Position numbers and translations under genes: made by a program. From Vicugna vicugna (taxonomy: Eukaryota), in NCBI GenBank assembly GCA_013265495.1, contig MU058919.1:3505599-3569598 (forward strand): a DNA stretch of 64,000 bases. The letters run 5' to 3'. Of this stretch, positions 1 to 13,820 are shown piece after piece. How positions within the stretch are numbered: the first letter of the stretch is position 1; each line of letters begins with the position of its first letter. The notes beneath the pieces were generated by a model. It was not told the DNA's origin. It saw only the letters and a program-made list of their open reading frames with translations, and ran no database searches.

Positions 1-3000
1 CTGGAGTTTGAAAAACAAGTTCAAGACCCATCTAATGGACCATTTTATGCTTTAAATCCACTGTTCCATTTTTCTTATCATCAAAGACTACAATATTACT
101 GAAAAAATTTAAAATACGGTCAGAGAAGTTTATGGCTAGTTACCCCACCCCGCCCTCCCTACACTCCCAAAACAGGAATTATTTTTCCCCCTCATTTCAG
201 AGGGCCTCTTTGAATTATGCTGCATTTTATAGGAAGGAGAATGAACCTCGTGAACTCGTGGCTTGCTACTCCAGAATGTGGGGTGGTGGGGGCGTGTTTC
301 CTCTTAAGGGCAGTTGTGAAAAGTGCAGATGTCGAGCAGCATTGCATTTGTGAAACATGAGCCTCAGTTACTGGTTCAGTAGGAAGAACTGGGATTTCCA
401 CCCCGGCTTTCCCACTTGCTACCGGGGCGGGGGAGGGGCTCAGATAAGTCCTTTCTCCTTTTTAGGGCTCAGTTTGGTTCACTTCAAGGGATACAGTAAT
501 TACTGCCCTATCTCACTGAGTTATGATAAGGATCTCCCCACTCCCCCCGACCAGAAAAAAAAAAAGGCAGTGAAAAAGTTCCCTAAACTGTAGGACGCAA
601 TTCAGCTATGATTTTGTCCTTATTATCTGAGCACTAATTTTATAATGGGAACAAGAGCTAACAGTGATGAAAAAATATCTATTAACGAATTCTTCAACTT
701 GGACATTTAGCAAGGACAACAAGAACCTTGCCATTGAGTCTTGAGATGTACGGTATTCTGGGTACAAAAGAGTAAGATCATCCAGGCTCTTGGTTCACAC
801 TGAAAGCAAGCTCTCCGGCTCATAACCATTCCAACAGTCCCAGGTAGGCTTTGTGTTATTAGATCAGAGGGCGGTGCTAGCATTTCCTAGGCTAACGGTA
901 CAGTTCTGGGTACCTGTAATTATTGAATTCCCATTAAGCCCCTACACTGGGAATCCTGTTATTAACCAATTTATCACACTGCGGAACCATGTAATCACAG
1001 AGTAATCTAATCTGACTTCCTGTTAACAAAATGACTCGACTTCATCTGTCAGTTGATTCCTGTCTGCACTTCCCCCACGACGGAGACGCTGCACCCAGGA
1101 GCAGATTCCTGGTGGAGGGAGCGTGTGTGGCTGTGAGTGCCCGCAGGGACGTGCCTGCAGTGAGGTGACCTTCAGCCGGGCACCTCCCGCCCCTCCTGTG
1201 ACCCCAGGCTGCAGTGCACCTGCTTGTGAGGTGGCACCTGGCCACTAGCCAGGCAAACTGTGGAGCACCGCACCCCACTGCCCACAGGAACAATGTGCAC
1301 TGCTCCGAGCGCTGCTCTCCACTTTCCACTGGGGGAGTTTTCTCGTTTTAGGAGGAACACACCAAGCCACCTGGGCGACTCTGAAGCAGACAGCTGGCTG
1401 GAGAGGGCAGCGTCCGAAGGTTAATAGTCTGGCAGACTCTAGCTGACACAGAGGGAAGGGCCCTTCAGTCTTAGCAGCCAAATGGCCAGACTAAAGCATC
1501 ACCTGCTGCCCTGGTTTGCTCAGACAACTTGGTCAGAAGCCAGGTGGACATTCTAGGGCACTTGGACTCTGTGCCCAGAACCCGTCCCTGTTTAACATGG
1601 TGAGCTGTACAGATAGGTCCTGGGGGGATTCAGGGGGGCTGCCTGGTGGAGGAGTGACGGTCCTCGCTTTGCTTCAACACTGATCCGCAGGACAGTGGGT
1701 GTGGGGCGGGCCCCTGGGTGCTGCCTTGTGGATGGTGTGTGTGGGCGCTGCCACCATTGCTGAAGACGAGGCTACTGTCTTCATGGCTGGGACTTTGTTC
1801 CTTGTCTAGAGCACCTGTCCTGGCTCGTGGCATGGCTGGCCACTTCTTGTTCCTCTGTCCCCAGGCACAAGTGACCCACTGACTCTCCAGCGCCTTCTGA
1901 AACATCCCCTGTCACCACTCCCTCTTTCTCGGAGCTCAGCACGAATAATGTATTTGTTTCTGTATCACTTTGCTCCCATCCCCCAAGTGCAGGTGCCGTG
2001 GCAGGCTAGGTGTCGCCCCATCTCTTCCCAGCACCTGCAGCAGGGCCTGAATCACGCAGTGGCCTATGTGACGTTTACGGAATTGACACGTGAGCCTTAG
2101 AGGCCAAATCCATGTCAGCTTCCGCCCCAGTTGCCCCGGCCCACTGGTTCGATCAGTGATGTTGGCCCCTGGCTCTCCTCCCCCAGTAGCCCCCTCCTCG
2201 ACGCCGATAAACAGGGCTTCTCACTGAGGCAGCATTGCTGGCGGGTCACCCACTCCCAGTGGAATCTGTGACCCGGCTCCATCCTATCAGAACTCAGTCG
2301 ACGAATATTCTGAAACTTACGCTGTGAAACACACAGCAGCCTCTGTTCAGAGCTTGCCTCCCCTACTTCCACTCCTGACTTGCCCTTCTCTGGAAGAGTC
2401 TGCAGTGAGGTCTTGCACAGGAGGGGCAGGGTCAGCAGCGTGCCTTTGCCAGTGGCCAGTTGCGCTCTGTGAAGGGGAACCTGGGAGAATCTTCCCAGTC
2501 TCTTTGCTCTTTTCCTGTGGGCTGGAGGCCCTGATGTGGTTTTCTGCATGATGTTGCTTCTAAGCTCCGTCAAGGGCAGCATGCCTGCCCCGTGTGGTTT
2601 GGACCTTTCTCCCCAGAGCAGTGCCAGCTCCGAGACTTACTGCCCAGTTGAACAAGCAGACCAGAGTGTGTACATTCCAAGTCTGGGCTCCAGCCCTTGT
2701 CCTCATCTCTTAGGACTCAGCTGGGGGTTTACACAGCATCCTGCAACCTCCAGGGTCTTGATGTCCAGCTGCGCACGAGGCAGGAGGCTGCTGGTGGTGT
2801 CGCCTGTTTCCCCACAGGCGAGGTCTGGTGTTTGTCATGCGCTGTTGAGGGGACATGCACGTCATGCTGAATGCTTCACCCTCGGGAGGAGAAGCAGCCT
2901 GGAAAAAGTCCTGACTGTAGCGTTTCAGAGGCTGAGTGTGAAGGGGCTGGAGTCAGGCCAGCCTCACCTGTGCTAGGTGTTCTGTCCTTTAACGCCTGAG

Positions 3001-3031
3001 TTAAAATACAGGCTGCAGGCCTGTATTTTAA

Positions 3032-3663
3032 CTCTGCTGGGCTCTGTAGTAACACTTCTCCCCATGGCTGCGCGCGGTGCTGCAGAGGAGCGTCATCCCG
3101 GCTTCTCCAGTGGATGCTCTGCTTGTCTGCTGCACCTATAAATACTTGGTCCCAGGACTGCTGGGGCTGTTTACAAGATCTGAATTCCCGGGCGCACTTA
3201 GCGTTTACCTCCAGACCTCTCCTTTCCCTGCCTGCAACCCCTTCTCCCAGAACCATCCAGCAAAACGCTTGCGTTGAGAGCTCCCGGGAACCGAGGCCGT
3301 GCCTCCGTTCCTGCGACCGAGAGCCATTTGCTGTGAATCCACGTGACTCCCTGTGATCAGTGACTAAAGCAGCGGGGCGCAAACTTAATTTCTTCCGTTA
3401 GTCCTTTTCTCTTAAAGATAAAAGTTCGAGGTATAGGGGCTTTTCTTACAGAATTATTATTCTGTACATTTCCAAAGAAATAAATATCCGTCTCAAACCT
3501 CAGTCTGCTCCGTCAGCTGGCACCGGCTTTATTTTCTACTCCCGGAGCCTCTGCTGGGCTCTGTAGTAACACTTCTCCCCACGGCTGCGCGCGGTGCTGC
3601 AGAGGAGCGTCGTCCCGGCTTCTCCAGTGGATGCTCTGCTTGTCTGATGCTCCTATAAATACT
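3032..3663 (+). repeat. 115-bp direct duplication (3032-3146 and 3549-3663)
   Basis: Manual alignment gives 4 mismatches in 115 bp with no indels and an offset of 517 bp. Confidence 0.9.
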
Positions 3664-6600
3664 CGGGCCCTGCCACAGTTCCCTTAGCAAACTGTCGCCA
3701 GCTCCGCGAGTTAATTTAAGGGGAATGTATTTAGAACATCCCTTTCTCCCATCCCCTATGTGAAGCAGTGAAAGGTCTGGTGAGTTGGTTCCCAGGCACT
3801 GTGTGTTTTCTGGGCTGGAAGAAATCCTGAGATCCCTGATTTCTCTGACCTCAATAGTGTCAGTCGGGCTTAGTGGACTGCAGAGAGGAGGCCTCTGTTG
3901 CTAATTCTGTTTGAATCAGATCTCATGGTCCCCCGTGGTAAGTGTGGCTCGGACAGACTCAGGCTCTGCCACTGTGGGTAAATCACCCCCCCTTCAGGAC
4001 CTGAGCTTCCACGGAGCCACCATGCATGTGCGGAAACATGGACAAGCCCGAGAGAGCCAGCGCGCTGGGGTGTGCGGGGCCCCTCCCATGCGTGGATCCG
4101 AACGGGACAAATAGTGTCCCCCAAAGAGAACGCTTCATGTCCGGTCAGCTTCCCGACAGCACCATGGAGTGCTCAGTGGTGTTCAGAGGCAGCTCAAAAT
4201 GCAGCTCCAAGTTCAGGCCGGGCTCTCTCCCTTGCAAGTCAGCTGAATCCGGCAAGACTCTGTCTTCTGGGTCTCAGTTTATGTGCACCGGCTGCACCTC
4301 TAGGCAGTGGAAGAACCAGGACCCAAAACAGCCATCACACTCCCCCAGACGCCTCTCTGGGTGAATATTGAGGGGCCCCATCCATCCAACTTGGCGAAAA
4401 GCACACCTGTGTTTCCCCAGTCTGCTGTCCTGGCTTCCCAAATGCCGCCGGTGGCCACCACGCGAGGCACTAGGGACCTAGCTTGATTTGCCCCTCCCGC
4501 TGGCTCCCATCGCTGGGTCCTGTGCAGCCGCCCACAGTGGTCTCCAGCGCCCACCTCTCTCCCCGCTGCCTGCCTGAGTCCAGTCCAGTTCCACTTCATC
4601 TCGTGTGTCCTCTCACCATCTTTCTCCTGCCCTGACCCGTTTTCCAGGTACCAGAATCACCTTAGGGAAACCAGAGACTCCTTGACAAACTTCTGTGCAT
4701 CCTTTAAATCTAGGTCACTTGTCGTTTCTTCTCTCTATACGTTTTCTAGAGTAAGATGTGCCCGCCTCTGCGTCCTGTCCAAACTCTGGACCAACTGCTC
4801 TGGTCTCTGTACCAGCCTGTCCAGCTCATGTTGGACCATTGCTCCTTTTTCTCGGGTCTGTGAACTCACTAAGGCACAGGCTGTGTTGAATTCAGCTTTG
4901 TTAGTGGTGCCTTTAATACAGTGACAGACTCAGCACGTGTCCTCTGTTCACAGAACTGAAATAAAGGGCTGAGCGGACTCCAGACCCCCTGGCTTCCAGT
5001 CTCTGCAGAATGCTGCTGCTGCTTTCTAGTTATAATTTATTCATCAGAACGAACACAGGTGCAGGAAATACGCCCATATTTTATATACCTATTATATGTG
5101 TATGAGTCCTGTCTGATACTCCAATATTAATAATTTGAACACAGAAATGATTCATCATAACTTTGAATCCTTCCCCCACCGCTGTTTCACACGGTCGGTG
5201 CCTAATCAGAGTTCACAGAACTGCTGTAAGATTGAAAAGTCCAGAATTAGATGGGTGTTCAGTAATATTAATACCTCTACTAGAAGACCTGTCCTTTTCT
5301 CATGGTACGCTGTGGCAAGGAAGTTATGATTATGGCTGTAAAAAACCGAACATTAGCCGGTTATTCTAGCTATAAATTATACTGTGAAGTATCCAAAGTT
5401 ACAGTTAGACAGTGACCTTTCTGAGAATATCTTGTTATTTATCCTGTCCGCACAGGAGAACACTCACTCCTTTAATGCTTGACTGAAGCCCCAGCCTCAG
5501 TATCTTTCTCGTCTGTGACTTCCTCATGAATACAAATATTGGTTTGGCATGCAGGCTGCATCCAAGGGCCCAAATTTGAGGGCCCACCCGATGTAAAGGG
5601 ATCAGGGAATCACGTTTTAACCTCCCATAATTTTGCACCACAGGGACTAACAAGAGCGTCATGTGTATTAAGCATATCTGAGGCCACACTCCTAGCCAGC
5701 CATCCAGGTCAGAAAATACACTGAGAAGGGATGGATAATTATTACATGTAGACTGCCAGTTCACTACCGGCCCTGGCCTCCATGGGGAGCACACAATTAT
5801 TATTATTTTTCACCTTTGGGCAGGAAGGGCATTGTAACTGCAGTTAAAAGGAGAAAACACATGACCCTCCAGAGTGGGATGTTGTGAGTCCCGCAGGTGC
5901 CCAGGGTGGGACACCCAGCCAGGCGACCTGAGTGGGCTCGGCTGGGGTCTTGGTCATCACCTTGTCTGCTGTTCTCATCTCGAGGATGGGCACTCTTCTG
6001 CCCGGGGAGGAATGACCTCTTGAGGTCACAGTGCTTAAGCTAACGTGCACAGCAACCTGGCCCCTCTGAGCCACCAGTCCAGAATGCTGAGCTGGAGATG
6101 CTCTCAGGCACCCCTGTATTTTGACATGAGCAGAGAGGACCAGGATTTAGAGCAGTGACAGTTGTCAGCACACGGACCAGAAAACCATTAGCTTCTTGTG
6201 CATGTCTTACAGCGTCACCGGTGACTGGTCTAAATCCCAGGCTCCCCTGTGCCTCCACGGATATGATGTCTATGGGACCAGTCCTTTCAAGGGGGCTGAC
6301 AAGAGAAAAGAGTCAGCTGAGTGGTCCAGGCAAACCCTAGGTGGCTTCTCTGAGGTCACTGGGTCCCCGAGGAATTTAACACGCTCTCAGTCAGGGCACT
6401 GCAGTGAGGGCTGGGTCCTGTCTCTAACCCGTGGAGAAATCTCCACAGTCACCTAAAACTGAACCACACTGAATTACCCTCACGCTGCTTTGGACATAGG
6501 TGACTGCCTTGTTAACTGTGACCTTGGAGGGTCTCAAGAGGAGGGCTATCAGTGTAATTAACCTTTCTCTGCTGAATAAATTTTAACTAATTACTTTACA

Positions 6601-7995
6601 AATAATATGTTGAGTAATCAGTTTTCAATTTTACAGCTGTAATCAGTTACATATTAGCATTTTTGATACTAAACATTAGTCAGAGGTCACTAAAGATTAC
6701 TAAAATCTAATCCTTGTATATTGGGGAAGAAGAAATTATTTATCTTTAGAATTCTAATAGAATATACAAATTTGGATTGTTGGTTTTGGGAATTTTTTAA
6801 GGAGAATTTTGAGCTTGGTTAAATCATTTTTTTCCCCCTGACTTTTAATTTACTTTATTAAAACGTACTTCCTTGCACCAGAATAACGTTGCCTTAGGTA
6901 TAATCCAGGGAAACCCTTCCTGTCATCTTCCTCCCGCCCCATCACTCACTGGAAATACCAGGAACAGAGCACTAAATATTAGACAAAAGGCTAATTTCCT
7001 CCACATCAGTTCATGTTGTTAAAGAACTTAATATGCACAGGGGTGGTAATTGAAGCAGGCCTGGAAAGGGCACTTCCACTAAGAGATAATCACTAAATGA
7101 CAAAGGCGGCAAAGATTCCACTCCAAGTGGGCTCTGGGCAGGCTGGAACTGGCCCCAGTTCTGCATAGAAGTGCAGTTACTTCTCTTAATAGTAAGACTT
7201 CATTAGTCGTTAGGGGCCGAGTTCTGGTGGCTGTCCTGATGGCGGGCCACCCTCCCCAGCTCCCTTTTTGCAGCACTCTGGAATCAGTGAAATGTCCCTG
7301 CAGATGGATCTTTATCTGGAATCTTTGCAGCTTTCTAGTTTGTGTTCTTATTGGTGATGCCATGAGTTTCCAGTGATGACTTGAGAAAATGCAGACCATT
7401 AATTCTGTGAATTCCTTGTTCAAGCTCGTAATACTAGGGCGTTATCCTCGCATTTCCTGAAAGCCTCCAATGCATTGTGAAAAGGAACTTGTAGATTCGG
7501 GGAACTTCCTTGATAAGCAGTTGAAGATTGTGATGTACTGGAAAGTTCCCCAGCAGCTGTAGAGATGAGCGCATGTGTGCCAGCAAGGCATCCCCTTCCA
7601 TCTTGGCAAATGCTCTGTTTCTAGATCCTTCCGGTTGTCCTAACCCTTTAGCCCGGGGGAGGGGGGTGGCGGGTGTTCTGGAGAACACATCTAAACCTTC
7701 CCCAGTATGGTACCCTCTGAGATGGTCCCGTCTCCCCTGAGCCAGCTGTCCCCAGGGCTGAGCACCCTGTCCTGCAGCTCCCTGTCCCCTGCCTTTCGTC
7801 ACTGTGTCTGTGGCCCACACCTTCTGTTAGAAGGCTCCCTGTTGTCATAAGTTCTCTTGTTTGTGGGATCTTATGGTCGAGATTGTGTGGGGTTGTCTTC
7901 AGCCAGATCACCGGTCCTGCCGTCTCCCAGTGTCTGGGGTCAAGCTCATCGTCTTCTAGGAGTTCCATGAAGAATCCTTGCTGAAGAAATGCATA

Positions 7996-9310
7996 CCGAA
8001 GTATTTTATTTTTAATGCAATTTTAAAAGGGATTTTTTTTTTCGGATATTTCGGATATTTCATTGTTCGTATAAAGAAACGCAACAGATTNNNNNNNNNN
8101 NNNNNNNNNNNNNNNNNNNNNNNNNNNNNNNNNNNNNNNNNNNNNNNNNNNNNNNNNNNNNNNNNNNNNNNNNNNNNNNNNNNNNNNNNNNNNNNNNNNN
8201 NNNNNNNNNNNNNNNNNNNNNNNNNNNNNNNNNNNNNNNNNNNNNNNNNNNNNNNNNNNNNNNNNNNNNNNNNNNNNNNNNNNNNNNNNNNTAATTTCCA
8301 GAATATACAAATAGCTCAAACAACTCAATAGCCAAAAAACAAACAGCCCAGTCCAAAAGTGGGCAGAAGACCTGAAACAAGCATTTCTCCAATGACGACA
8401 TGCAAATGGTGAATAGGCACATGAAAAAATGCTCAATATCGCTAATTATCAGATAAATGCAATTCAAAACTACAATGAGGCATCACCTCACACTGGTCAG
8501 AAAAAGTCCATCATTAAAAAGTCCACAAACGATAAATGCTGGCGAGGGTGTAGAGAAAAGGGAGCCCTCCTGCACTGCTGGTGGGGATGCAGTTTGGTGC
8601 AGCCATTATGGAAAGCATTATGGAGAGTCCTTAAGAAACTGAAAATAGACTTACCATATGGTCCGGCAATCCCCTTCCTGGGCATATAATTCAGAGGAAA
8701 CTCTCAATTCAAAAAGATAGCAGCACCATGTACAATAGCCAAGACATGGAAGCAGCCTAAACGTCCACTGACAGGAGACTGGACCAAGACTCTGTGATAT
8801 GTTATGCACAGTGGAATACTATAGTCAGCTGTCGGAAAATGAAATAATGCCGTTTGCAGCTACATGGATGCATGGATGGACCTGGAGATCATCATACTAA
8901 GTGAAGTAAGCCAGAAAGAGAAAGAAAAATTCCATATATCACTTATATGTGAAATCTAAAAAAAAAAAAAAAAAAGGCTCAAATGAACTTATATACAAAA
9001 CCGAAGCAGCCTCACAGACATAGAAAAACAAACTTACGGTTACCAAAGGGGAAAGGGTCGGGTGGAGGGATAAATTAGGAGTTTGGGATTTGCAGATTCT
9101 AACTACTACATATAAAATAGATGAACAACAGGGTCCTGCTGTAGAGCACAGGGAACTATATTCAGTTCCTTGCGATAGCGTATAATGAAAAAGAATAAGA
9201 AAAGGAATGTATCTATATATATATACGTATGTGTGTGTGTAACTGAATCACTATGCTGTACACCGGAAATGAACACAATGTTGTAAACCGACGGTACTTC
9301 AATTAAAAAA
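7996..9310. mobile_element. 5'-truncated, 5'-inverted LINE-1 insertion spanning an N gap
   Basis: 7996-8090 is L1 ORF2 in minus orientation (SVAFLYTNNEISE...KNPF). 8292-9310 is the plus-strand ORF2 C-terminus with frameshifts ([29 protein letters not shown]), followed by an artiodactyl-type 3'UTR and short A tail. AAATGCATA flanks both ends (7987-7995 and 9309-9317). Confidence 0.9.
8091..8291. other. Assembly gap (201 N)
   Basis: Run of N inside the L1. Confidence 0.99.
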
Positions 9311-12300
9311 ATGCATATAAGCCTCGAATGGAAGGGGCTCAACTGTTTCATCAAAATGGTTGTTTGAAGTTTTGTCTCTGCTTGACAACCAGTGACCAGT
9401 GGGTCATATCAGATGATGAAAGTACAGCGTAGACACCGGGGCATCCTGCACATTGCCTCCCTCTGTGGTGTCAAGACAAAGCGACAGGCAGACCTGCGGC
9501 GTTCCCATCCCCCCAGGTGCCGCGCCCACTCACTGGTTCACTGCACAATTATCCATGTCACTCCGGGCCAGCTGCGCGGTGGCCCCAAGAGACAGAAAGG
9601 AGGCAGGTGCGGGCAGTGCCCTCCTGCGGGTACAGTTGCTTCAGGTCTTGTAACTAACGGCAGGAATTCTAATGCTTTACAGAGAGATTTTAAATTCTGC
9701 TGAAGATCCCACTTAATTAATCTGAATCATCATTATCATTGTCTTTTCAACCTCCCCTTCGTTCCCCAAAGCCTTTGAATTGAGGTTGGCATGAGCTGTC
9801 CTCGTGAAAATGTACAGATTTGAATTCAGGCCATTTTGTGGTGGTGCTATTTTACGAATTAACCACTTCGGTCAAGCAGGGAAATGGTACATTTCATTGT
9901 TCCCTTTTGAAACCGAATCTGAACAAAGGGTGACTCATGAGCAGATGGATGACTCATCAGGTTGGTCTGACAAGAAGACTGAGAGTCTGGGCACAAAAAA
10001 TTTCAACTGCTGATGAGCAAAGATTATTATAGTAATTTATCCTTAAAACATTTTCTGAGATAATTATAGCATATTTTGACAGGAAATAAGGATGATAAGC
10101 CAGAAAAGTTTCACTAAAAGAAACTAAAGCTTGTATCTGTTACCTTGTTTCATGCTGAGATGGTCTTAAGTTAGAATTTCACAATTGGTCTGGATCACAG
10201 TTGAAGGAGTATCATTTTAGGGGGAAAATGTAACCATGTCAACCACCTCAAAATTCCGTTTCGGGGTTTCAGTGGCTAGTAAACATGGCAACAGGGATGG
10301 CTGTTCAGCTCCCTGTACGTTGATTTGCCAGCATAGGAATGGATGTTACTTGGTTAAGAAATGCCCTGTGCATGTCTAGACTTTTACCTCCATGTGTATT
10401 TTCGGTTGAAGCTCTCGGACCCCTTTCCTTTCGTAACTGTAGATCACCGACTCACGGGATTTCAGAGCTGGGAGGGACCTCCCGACCCCTTCATGCAATC
10501 CTGCAGGACTTGGAGATCTAAGGATGCTCCGTCGAAGAGAGAGGCAGGCACCCGCTGTCTGAGCTTCAGGCTCAGGCCCGCTTGCAGTGCTGGCAGCCCT
10601 TTTCCCCTGAAATTGCTTCCAGATGTTTTGTCCCTTTGATGTATTTTTCCAAGCCCTGTATATTTCCATGACAGACTTATATTTTGCAGAGAAACATGTA
10701 CCGCCATGCATGGCAAAGGCACACATTTATCCGAGGACTATGTTGCCAGCAACACAGGCGGCTGCATCTTGGACATGGTGCCCTTTGCACGTCTCTGGGC
10801 CACGTGTTCCTGGCAACATGGTGGATTCTCACGCGGCTCAGAGAGGGTAATTGGGTTTCGAATGAAAAGCGGTGTGTAAATGCAAGACAGGCGGGGTCAA
10901 ATTCATTGACCTCCAGGGCTCCCTGCCCGCCAGCAAGCAGGTCTGACAAATTGCAACACGTGGAGATTGGCAGCCCTGCTGGCCCCTTGTGTTCACCCAG
11001 CCTCTGGGACAACCACAGTCCTTTGGCATTTTAAAATGTCTTTATTCTGAAATTCCTTTAACCCATTCAGTCCTGAGGTGCTGCAGGCATCCTATGGGAA
11101 AGACCAAGGAGACGGGCAGAGATGGGAGGGGGACTCCCAGAACATCAGTGAAGTCGAGGATGCAGGCCCTGGTACCTGGGGGCCAGAGCCAGGCATGGGA
11201 CCAACTGCCAGGACTCTGATCTTGAGCTGATCTCCCCCCGTCCAATGGGACCGTCTCTGGGTACAGCGCATGCAGGAGTTGAGGGAGGACTTGTTGCAAC
11301 TTCCTCTGTGAGGAGAGATGCGCTTTAATCATAAAGTCTCTGAAATTTGGACACTCCCTGTGGCTCACATCTGGGATGTTTTGGCTGCCCCTGTGCACTG
11401 CTCCGGGGTCACCTGCACAGGTCACTTCTGCCCGAGGCCCGTGGAGTTCCGAATGCTCTTCTATCAAAGAAACCTCCACTCTCCATGAAGCAGCTGGCAT
11501 TTGAGGAATCACAGGATTGACTGAAAACTGAGAAATCCTGGCTGAAATCCCCCGTGCTCACCCTGCCCATTCTTTTTTGGCAAAAAGGAGCCTTGGGGGA
11601 AGTTGTATCTCGGTGTATTAACAACTGCCAGCCTCGAGGGCAGCATCGGGTGGCCGAGAGTCTCCCGAGAGCCAGTCCAGTTTCCCCTTCACCCTCTTGT
11701 ATCGGTCTTTGGTATTCTGGCGGGATTACAGAAGCCCCCTTAATCGAGGTGCTGGACTCAGCACCACCAGGGTGATCCCCATGCTGTGACCGCCGCCTAC
11801 ACAGGGCTGGATGCTCCTGGCAAACAGGCTTCTCTGTTGTTGACCCCTGACCCTCGGTCCTCATCTCTGCAGTGCTGCGTGCTCACCAAGAGGATGCTGG
11901 GTTCGGATCTGTTTATGCCATTTGTGCTCACCATTGAAACGATGTGATTTATTTGAGCATTACATCAACCAGCAAAATATAAGGGAGGCCAGAGAGAATT
12001 ATTTCTGTGGGCTAGATGCCTTGGAAAGAGGAGAATGCCACAAAGTATTGAGTGTGACAGAGAGAGGGACATAGCAGCATCCAGAAGGATCCTGCAACCA
12101 GATTCGGTCCTACGACCTTGTTCCATTTCAAACGAAGGAAAGTGGGTACAGCCCATGAAGATACCTTGGAAGCCTTGTGGTGCTCATTGACCCAGGAAAC
12201 ACCTGGGCCTCACCTTGGCGTAACTTTAAATCAGGTAAACATAAGACCACAATAGATACGATTCAAATTCAAGTAACGTGTTTAAGTTCACAGTTTCCCT

Positions 12301-13608
12301 TTTGACTGGTGTTGCAATTAGTCGACCAGAAGTGAGCTTTCCCTTCTCATGTATCATCTGTGGCTCTCAGAAAACTCTTGTCTAGTGTCAGTAACTAATG
12401 TCAAGGGTAACTGTTAAATTTTAACGACATCCTATATGAAGTGATAAAGAAATTGGGAAACAGTTTGATGAGTATATATGTTCAACTTGGTACTAATATG
12501 GAGATCTCTATTTGAACTAATAATAGGAAGACTGTCTTTGTGGGGCAGGGTGAGCCCAGCTGAAATGTTACTATGTTATCACTCTGATGGGGGGAGGGGT
12601 TTAAGATACTTTCCTAAAGAGAGGTCTAGAACTCCACGCCTTCTCTAGTACCAGCCCTCCTGGGATGCTCTGTTCACTCAGACGGCTGACTGTAGGGTTT
12701 GTAGCTTTAAAGGTCCCCGCTCTACTCACTTCCTGAAGATGCAGGCCACCAAATCAACAGTCCCTGTGGTCACACCTTTGATGTTAAGTCCCTGTGAGTA
12801 AGGAGGCTTGTTCTCAGTTTGCGGGAGGTAACCAAAGTGGTCACAGTGCCTCAGTCTCTCTAGCTGGGGAGTTATGCTAAATGCTGTCAAATTCTTGTGG
12901 TGCTGGGATGCCCAGTTCTAATGAGCTGTGGGCCAGTGGCTCCTGTGGTGGAATTCATGCCGACAGCTGGTTGAGCCAGTTCCAAACAAGAACCACTCTG
13001 GGCTAATGCCTCTCCTTCACAAACTTGCTACATCACTTTTAATATGACTGTGCAAGTTACTTCTGGATATAGGGCAAAATTTAAGTTACTTCAGTTACAC
13101 TGCAGAGCGCCCTAATAAATTCTCTTTTCAACCCCCTACAAAACGCTAAGTGGGTCCATGTCATCAGGCTGGCTCTCCCAGACCTCTCCGGAAATCTGCG
13201 TTCACTTCTGCCCTGTTGCAGGGAGACCGGAGGAGTTTCAGCTCCCAGAGCAGCAGAGCTAAGTGGGGAGGGTGTATGCCAGGTGCTCTGTATGCTTTAC
13301 TTCTTTCCCTAAGTGACTGGTTTCGTGACGGGTTACTTTATGCCACTTTGTATCCCTTCACTCTGACTCAGAATTCTCTCCCACCGTCCGAATGTGGCGA
13401 AGAGATCCCCACCAGCCACGCTTCTCTGAGAAGTCTGGATGTGGGGTCTTGACTTTGTCTTGCCTGGGTGCTTGTTTCCCACCTCCTGCTTGTTAGCGGT
13501 GGAGGGCAGTCAGGCAGCCGGGCCCCTGCCGGCGGCCAGGAGGCCTTAGCAGGTGGTGTGTGCCTTTTACTAGACTGTAACTAGGCCACGGTTCCTGCAA
13601 GGCCAAGG

Positions 13609-13820
13609 CAGGCCTTCTCCATCTGGGCACAGGCGACACTGGGGCGGGCTGACTCTTTGTCGTGGGGCTGTCTTATGCATCATAGGATATTAGCAGCATC
13701 CCTGGGCTCTGTCTAGTAGATGCCAGGAGCACCTCCCCTGTTGTGACAGCTGGAAATACCTCCCTCCATACTTGCCAGGTGTCCCCTTGGGGGCAGTGTC
13801 AGCTGGGTGGAGGGCCTCTG
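13609..13820. mobile_element. MER20 (hAT-Charlie) DNA transposon relic
   Basis: ctctttgtcgtggggctgtc...tagcagcatccctggg...tagatgccag...gttgtgacag...gtccccttgggggca follows the recalled MER20 consensus end to end. Confidence 0.8.

Noticed and set aside
1-10. ctggagtttg resembles part of the reverse-complemented INSYN2A last exon
   Set aside because: The match stops after 10 nt and the neighbouring codons do not fit. The last exon probably lies left of the window.
7434-7968. Minus-strand ORFs of 128 and 106 aa next to the L1 that looked like a possible processed pseudogene
   Set aside because: No recognisable homology, poly-A tail or TSD. The plus strand weakly resembles decayed L2.
11757-11770. 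Isolated RE1 left half-site TCAGCACC (similar halves near 37886 and 50628)
   Set aside because: No matching GGACAG half at canonical spacing, so it is expected by chance.
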